Assembly (NCBI GenBank): GCA_046726415.1
Contig: JBKPAK010000228.1
Coordinates: forward strand, 1 to 10,419
Direction: 5' to 3'
Origin: Candidatus Methylomirabilota bacterium
GTDB lineage: Bacteria > Methylomirabilota > Methylomirabilia > Rokubacteriales > CSP1-6
DNA length: 10,419 nt
Shown here: in pieces, positions 7,633-10,419 of the stretch
Layout: the number at the start of each line of letters is the position of its first letter
Position numbering within the stretch: the stretch's first letter is position 1
The notes under the pieces: generated by a model
The model's database searches: none
Seen by the model: only the letters and a program-made list of their open reading frames with translations
Told to the model about the DNA's origin: nothing
Translations under genes and position numbers: made by a program

Positions 7633-7744
7633 CGCAGGAATCCGGCGGGGCATGGGCGTGGCGATAGAACGGCAGTCGGGACTCACATCACGCAGAAGAA
7701 CAACCGTGACGCAGGAATCCGGCGGGGCATGGGCGTGGCGATAG
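7591..7744. repeat. Tandem duplication, 2 x 77 nt with an identical 69-nt core
   Basis: 7599-7667 and 7676-7744 are identical (TCGGGACTCACATCACGCAGAAGAACAACCGTGACGCAGGAATCCGGCGGGGCATGGGCGTGGCGATAG). The preceding 8-mers are AACGGTCA and AACGGCAG. Confidence 0.97.
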
Positions 7745-7761
7745 CCCGGGTGCCCATGCCC
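7725..7761 (+). other. Stem-loop directly upstream of the binding-protein RBS
   Basis: GGGCATGGGC (7725-7734) is the exact reverse complement of GCCCATGCCC (7752-7761), extendable inward by G-U pairs. AAAGGAG at 7766-7772 and ATG at 7779 follow. Confidence 0.7.
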
Positions 7762-7778
7762 ATACAAAGGAGCCCAAC

Positions 7779-9422
7779 ATGAAGAGTCGAGACGGATTCG
7801 AAGTTGTCAACGAGTTGATGCGCAACGACGTCAACCGCCGCGCCGTGCTCAAGGCGCTGGGCTGGTCGGCGGCGGGGCTCGCCGGCGCCGGGTCGCTCGC
7901 GCTGCCCTCGCTGGCCCACGCCCAGAAGCCGAAAGCCGGCGGGACCATCAAGATCGGGTCCTTCAGCAACATCGACACGCTGGACGCACACAACACGACC
8001 TCGATCGTCGCCTGCTCCATCCACAACAACATCTACAACGGCCTCCTGAAGATCGTTTCGACGGACGGCAAGAGCGTGGACTTCAAGCCGGAGCTGGCGC
8101 GCGAGTGGGAGATCCAGGGCGACCGCGTGCACGTCTTCCGGCTCCACAAGGGGGTGACCTTCCATAACGGTGACCCCTTCACCGCCGCCGACGTGAAGTG
8201 GAACCTCGAGCGCGTGAAGGACAAGAACCAGGCCCCGATCCACGCCTGGAAACTGGAGCTGCTGGAGTCGGTCGAGACGCCGGACCCCTACACGGTGAAG
8301 CTCCACTTCACCAAGCCGTTCCCGTTCCTGCGCGTGGCCTTCACCGGCTCCACCGGCCGCGCCGCCACGATCCTCAGCCCGCGGGCGGTGAAGGAGAAGG
8401 GCAAGACCTACGGGCGCAACCCGGTCGGCACCGGGCCGTTCAAGTTCGCCGAGTGGAAGGAGGGCGACTTCATCCTGCTCGAGAAGAACCCCAATTACTG
8501 GGAAACGGATGCGAGCGGCGGGAAGCTGCCCTACCTCGACAAGGTACTCATCAAGATCATCATCGAGCCCTCGACGTTGGTCGCCGCCCTCAAGACTGGC
8601 GAGGTGGATCTCATCAATCAGGCGGCGCCGCAGTTCATCGGCGATCTCAAGAAGGACCCGAAGCTCACTGCGCTGACGGCGGTCGGGGGCAACTGGCGGT
8701 GCCTCCACTTCAATATCGCCAAGGAGCCGTTCAACGACAAGGCCCTGCGCAAGGCGGTGACGTTCGCCATCGATCGGAAGGAGATCCTCGAGAAGGTCGA
8801 GTTCGGCGAAGGCATCGTGGCCCACGGGCCGATCTCGCCACCGATGGGCGCCTTCTACGACCCGGCCTTCGAGACCGGCAAGAACGGTCAGTACTACGAC
8901 CTCGAGCAGGCGAAGACCTGGATGAAGCAAGCCAAGTACGATGGCCGAGAGGTTCTCTACCTCAGCCCCAACACGAACACCGCTCCGCGCCAGGCCGAGG
9001 TGATCCAGGCGCACCTGGCCAAGATCGGGATCAAGGCCCGCATCGAGCTGGCCGACTTCCCGACCTTCCGCCGGCGCTGGCTCCAGGAGCGCCAGTGGGA
9101 TCTCGTTCAAGTTCAGTGGGACGCCGACCTCGACCCCGACGAGACGCTCTACCCCGAGCTGCACTCCACGGAGACGTGGAACGCCGGCAAGTGGGTGAAC
9201 AAGGACTTCGATCAGGCCGTGGAGCTGGCCCGGGCGGAGAACGACTTCAAGAAGCGGAAGAAATACTACGAGGACTCCGTGAAGGCGATCTTGGACGACG
9301 CGCCCGTCACCATCCTGCTCCACGTCAACGAGCAGAAGGTCTTCCAAAAGTACGTGAAGGGCTTCCAGATGATCCCGGCTGGTCTCATCAACATGCACTC
9401 CGTCTGGCTCGACAAGGCCTGA
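7779..9422 (+). CDS. ABC transporter solute-binding protein, family 5 (DppA/OppA-like), twin-arginine signal, 547 aa
   Basis: NRRAVLK twin-arginine motif, hydrophobic core, AHA cleavage site. PELAREWE...FRLHKGVTFHNGDPFTAADVKWNLER, PVGTGPFKF, PFNDKALRKAVTFAIDR. Strong RBS AAAGGAG. Confidence 0.95.
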   Translation: MKSRDGFEVVNELMRNDVNRRAVLKALGWSAAGLAGAGSLALPSLAHAQKPKAGGTIKIGSFSNIDTLDAHNTTSIVACSIHNNIYNGLLKIVSTDGKSVDFKPELAREWEIQGDRVHVFRLHKGVTFHNGDPFTAADVKWNLERVKDKNQAPIHAWKLELLESVETPDPYTVKLHFTKPFPFLRVAFTGSTGRAATILSPRAVKEKGKTYGRNPVGTGPFKFAEWKEGDFILLEKNPNYWETDASGGKLPYLDKVLIKIIIEPSTLVAALKTGEVDLINQAAPQFIGDLKKDPKLTALTAVGGNWRCLHFNIAKEPFNDKALRKAVTFAIDRKEILEKVEFGEGIVAHGPISPPMGAFYDPAFETGKNGQYYDLEQAKTWMKQAKYDGREVLYLSPNTNTAPRQAEVIQAHLAKIGIKARIELADFPTFRRRWLQERQWDLVQVQWDADLDPDETLYPELHSTETWNAGKWVNKDFDQAVELARAENDFKKRKKYYEDSVKAILDDAPVTILLHVNEQKVFQKYVKGFQMIPAGLINMHSVWLDKA

Positions 9423-9433
9423 TCTCTCCCCCT

Positions 9434-9460
9434 GGGAGGAGCGGGGCCGCCGCTCCTCCC
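9434..9460 (+). terminator. GC-rich hairpin after the transporter operon (terminator or 3' stabiliser)
   Basis: GGGAGGAGCGG (9434-9444) / 5-nt loop / CCGCTCCTCCC (9450-9460), a perfect 11-bp stem 11 nt after the stop codon. No adjacent U-tract. Confidence 0.6.
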
Positions 9461-9506
9461 GTCCTCGACCGCTTTCTCCGCCCGCCCCCGTTCAGCCCGG
9501 TATGGG

Positions 9507-9542
9507 TAGAATGGCCAGGCCCCACTGAGCGCCCGGGAGGAG
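9507..9542 (+). promoter_or_regulatory. Candidate -10 element and ribosome-binding site of the acyl-CoA dehydrogenase gene
   Basis: TAGAAT (9507-9512, 5/6 to TATAAT) with no recognisable -35; GGAGGAG (9536-9542) 5 nt before ATG 9548. Confidence 0.45.
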
Positions 9543-9547
9543 CGACC

Positions 9548-10419
9548 ATGGACCTCAACTATTCCCCCGACGAAGCGGCGTTTCGCGACGAGGTGCGGAC
9601 GTGGCTGGACGACAATCTGCCCGATGAGCTGCGCGACAAGGTCGTCAACTACAAGGAACTGAGCAAGGGCGATCTACTCCGCTGGCATCGAATTCTGGCG
9701 AAAAAGGGCTGGGTGGCCCCGGACTGGCCGACCGAATGGGGCGGCACCGAGTGGACCGTCGTACAGCGCTACATCTTCGAAGAGGAGTGCGGTGCGGCTG
9801 GCTGCCCGCCGGTGGTGGCGTTCGGCGTCCGCATGTGCGCGCCGGTGTTGCTGCGGTTCGGCACGCCCGAACAGAAAGCGCGGTTCCTGCCCCGCATCTA
9901 CCACGGCGAAGACTTCTGGTGTCAGGGCTATTCCGAACCGGGCTCGGGCTCCGATCTAGCCTCGCTGAAGACCAGGGCCGTCCGGCAAGGCGACCAATAC
10001 GTGGTGACGGGGCAGAAGATCTGGACGACCCTCGCGCACTACGCCGACTGGATCTTCTGCCTCGTGCGCACCGACGCCACCCGGGACAAGCGGCAGGAAG
10101 GGATCTCGTTTCTCCTCATCGATATGCGCTCGCCAGGGATCACCGTGCGGCCGATCGCCCTCATGGACGGAGGCCACGAGGTCAACGAGGTCTTCTTCGA
10201 CGACGTGACGGTCCCGGTGGAGAACCTCGTTCACGAAGAGAACAAGGGCTGGACGGTGGCCAAGTACCTGCTCGGCTACGAACGCATGGGCACCGGGCGC
10301 ATCGGAGCCTCCAAACGAGAGCTGGCGCGCCTCAAGGAGCTGGCTGAGCGGGCCACGAAGGAGGGTACCTCGCTCCTCGACGATCCGCGCTTCCGCGATC
10401 GGGTGACGCGCGTGGAAGT
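9548..10419 (+). CDS. pimC: Acyl-CoA dehydrogenase, pimeloyl-CoA dehydrogenase large subunit (PimC)-like; 3' end outside window
   Basis: Hand translation open to the window end: MDLNYSPDEAAFRDEVRTWL...WPTEWGG...FGTPEQKARFLPRI...WCQGYSEPGSGSDLASLKTRA...GQKIWTTLAHYADWIFCLVRTD...KRQEGISFLLIDM...GITVRPI..DGGHEVNEVFFDDV.VPVENLV..ENKGWTVAKYLLGYERMG. Family is certain; the PimC subfamily call is from recalled motif similarity and the substrate is unproven. Confidence 0.9.
   Translation, partial: MDLNYSPDEAAFRDEVRTWLDDNLPDELRDKVVNYKELSKGDLLRWHRILAKKGWVAPDWPTEWGGTEWTVVQRYIFEEECGAAGCPPVVAFGVRMCAPVLLRFGTPEQKARFLPRIYHGEDFWCQGYSEPGSGSDLASLKTRAVRQGDQYVVTGQKIWTTLAHYADWIFCLVRTDATRDKRQEGISFLLIDMRSPGITVRPIALMDGGHEVNEVFFDDVTVPVENLVHEENKGWTVAKYLLGYERMGTGRIGASKRELARLKELAERATKEGTSLLDDPRFRDRVTRVE

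Noticed and set aside
7591..7744. CRISPR mini-array or insertion-sequence ends
   Set aside because: Only two units, a 69-nt repeat with near-identical 8-nt spacers, and no cas gene, transposase or terminal inverted repeats.
97..9398. Long antisense ORFs (97..750, 1128..2600, 2681..3730, 3607..4446, 4590..5345, 6562..7599, 7683..9398 and others)
   Set aside because: They are shadows of well-supported genes on the opposite strand, expected with GC-rich codon bias, and show no recognisable motifs.
3757..9422. Nickel (Nik) or other specific substrate assignment for the ABC system
   Set aside because: No nickel enzyme or NikR context, and family-5 substrate cannot be read from sequence by eye.
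9674..10347. ORFs 9736..10347 (+), 9674..9904 (-) and 9956..10234 (-)
   Set aside because: Alternative-frame or antisense reads inside the acyl-CoA dehydrogenase gene starting at 9548.

Overview
GC-rich bacterial catabolic/transport region with two divergent arms around an intergenic gap at 3635-3756. Minus arm: enoyl-CoA hydratase (2849-3634), an orphan family-5 (peptide/nickel-type) solute-binding protein (1143-2714), a 5'-truncated and frameshifted Ltp2-like thiolase-superfamily gene remnant (394-953), and a DUF35 Zn-ribbon/OB-fold gene that runs off the left edge (1-363, absent from the ORF track). Plus arm: a complete Dpp/Opp-type ABC importer in the order B-C-D-F-A (3757-9422) whose binding protein has a Tat signal, followed by a PimC-like acyl-CoA dehydrogenase that runs off the right edge (9548 onward, absent from the ORF track). 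Non-coding features: a GntR-type palindrome TGGTATACCA between the arms, a GAAC/GTTC-rich operator-like patch at the pseudogene breakpoint, a 77-nt tandem duplication plus hairpin just ahead of the Tat binding protein, and an 11-bp hairpin after it. The best candidate for an undescribed system is a retro-aldol variant of beta-oxidation (dehydrogenase + crotonase + Ltp2-like aldolase/DUF35) fed by a peptide-type ABC importer. This is inference, and the aldolase copy here appears broken. All family assignments come from motif recognition by eye; no searches were run. No mobile element, CRISPR array, tRNA or rRNA was seen.
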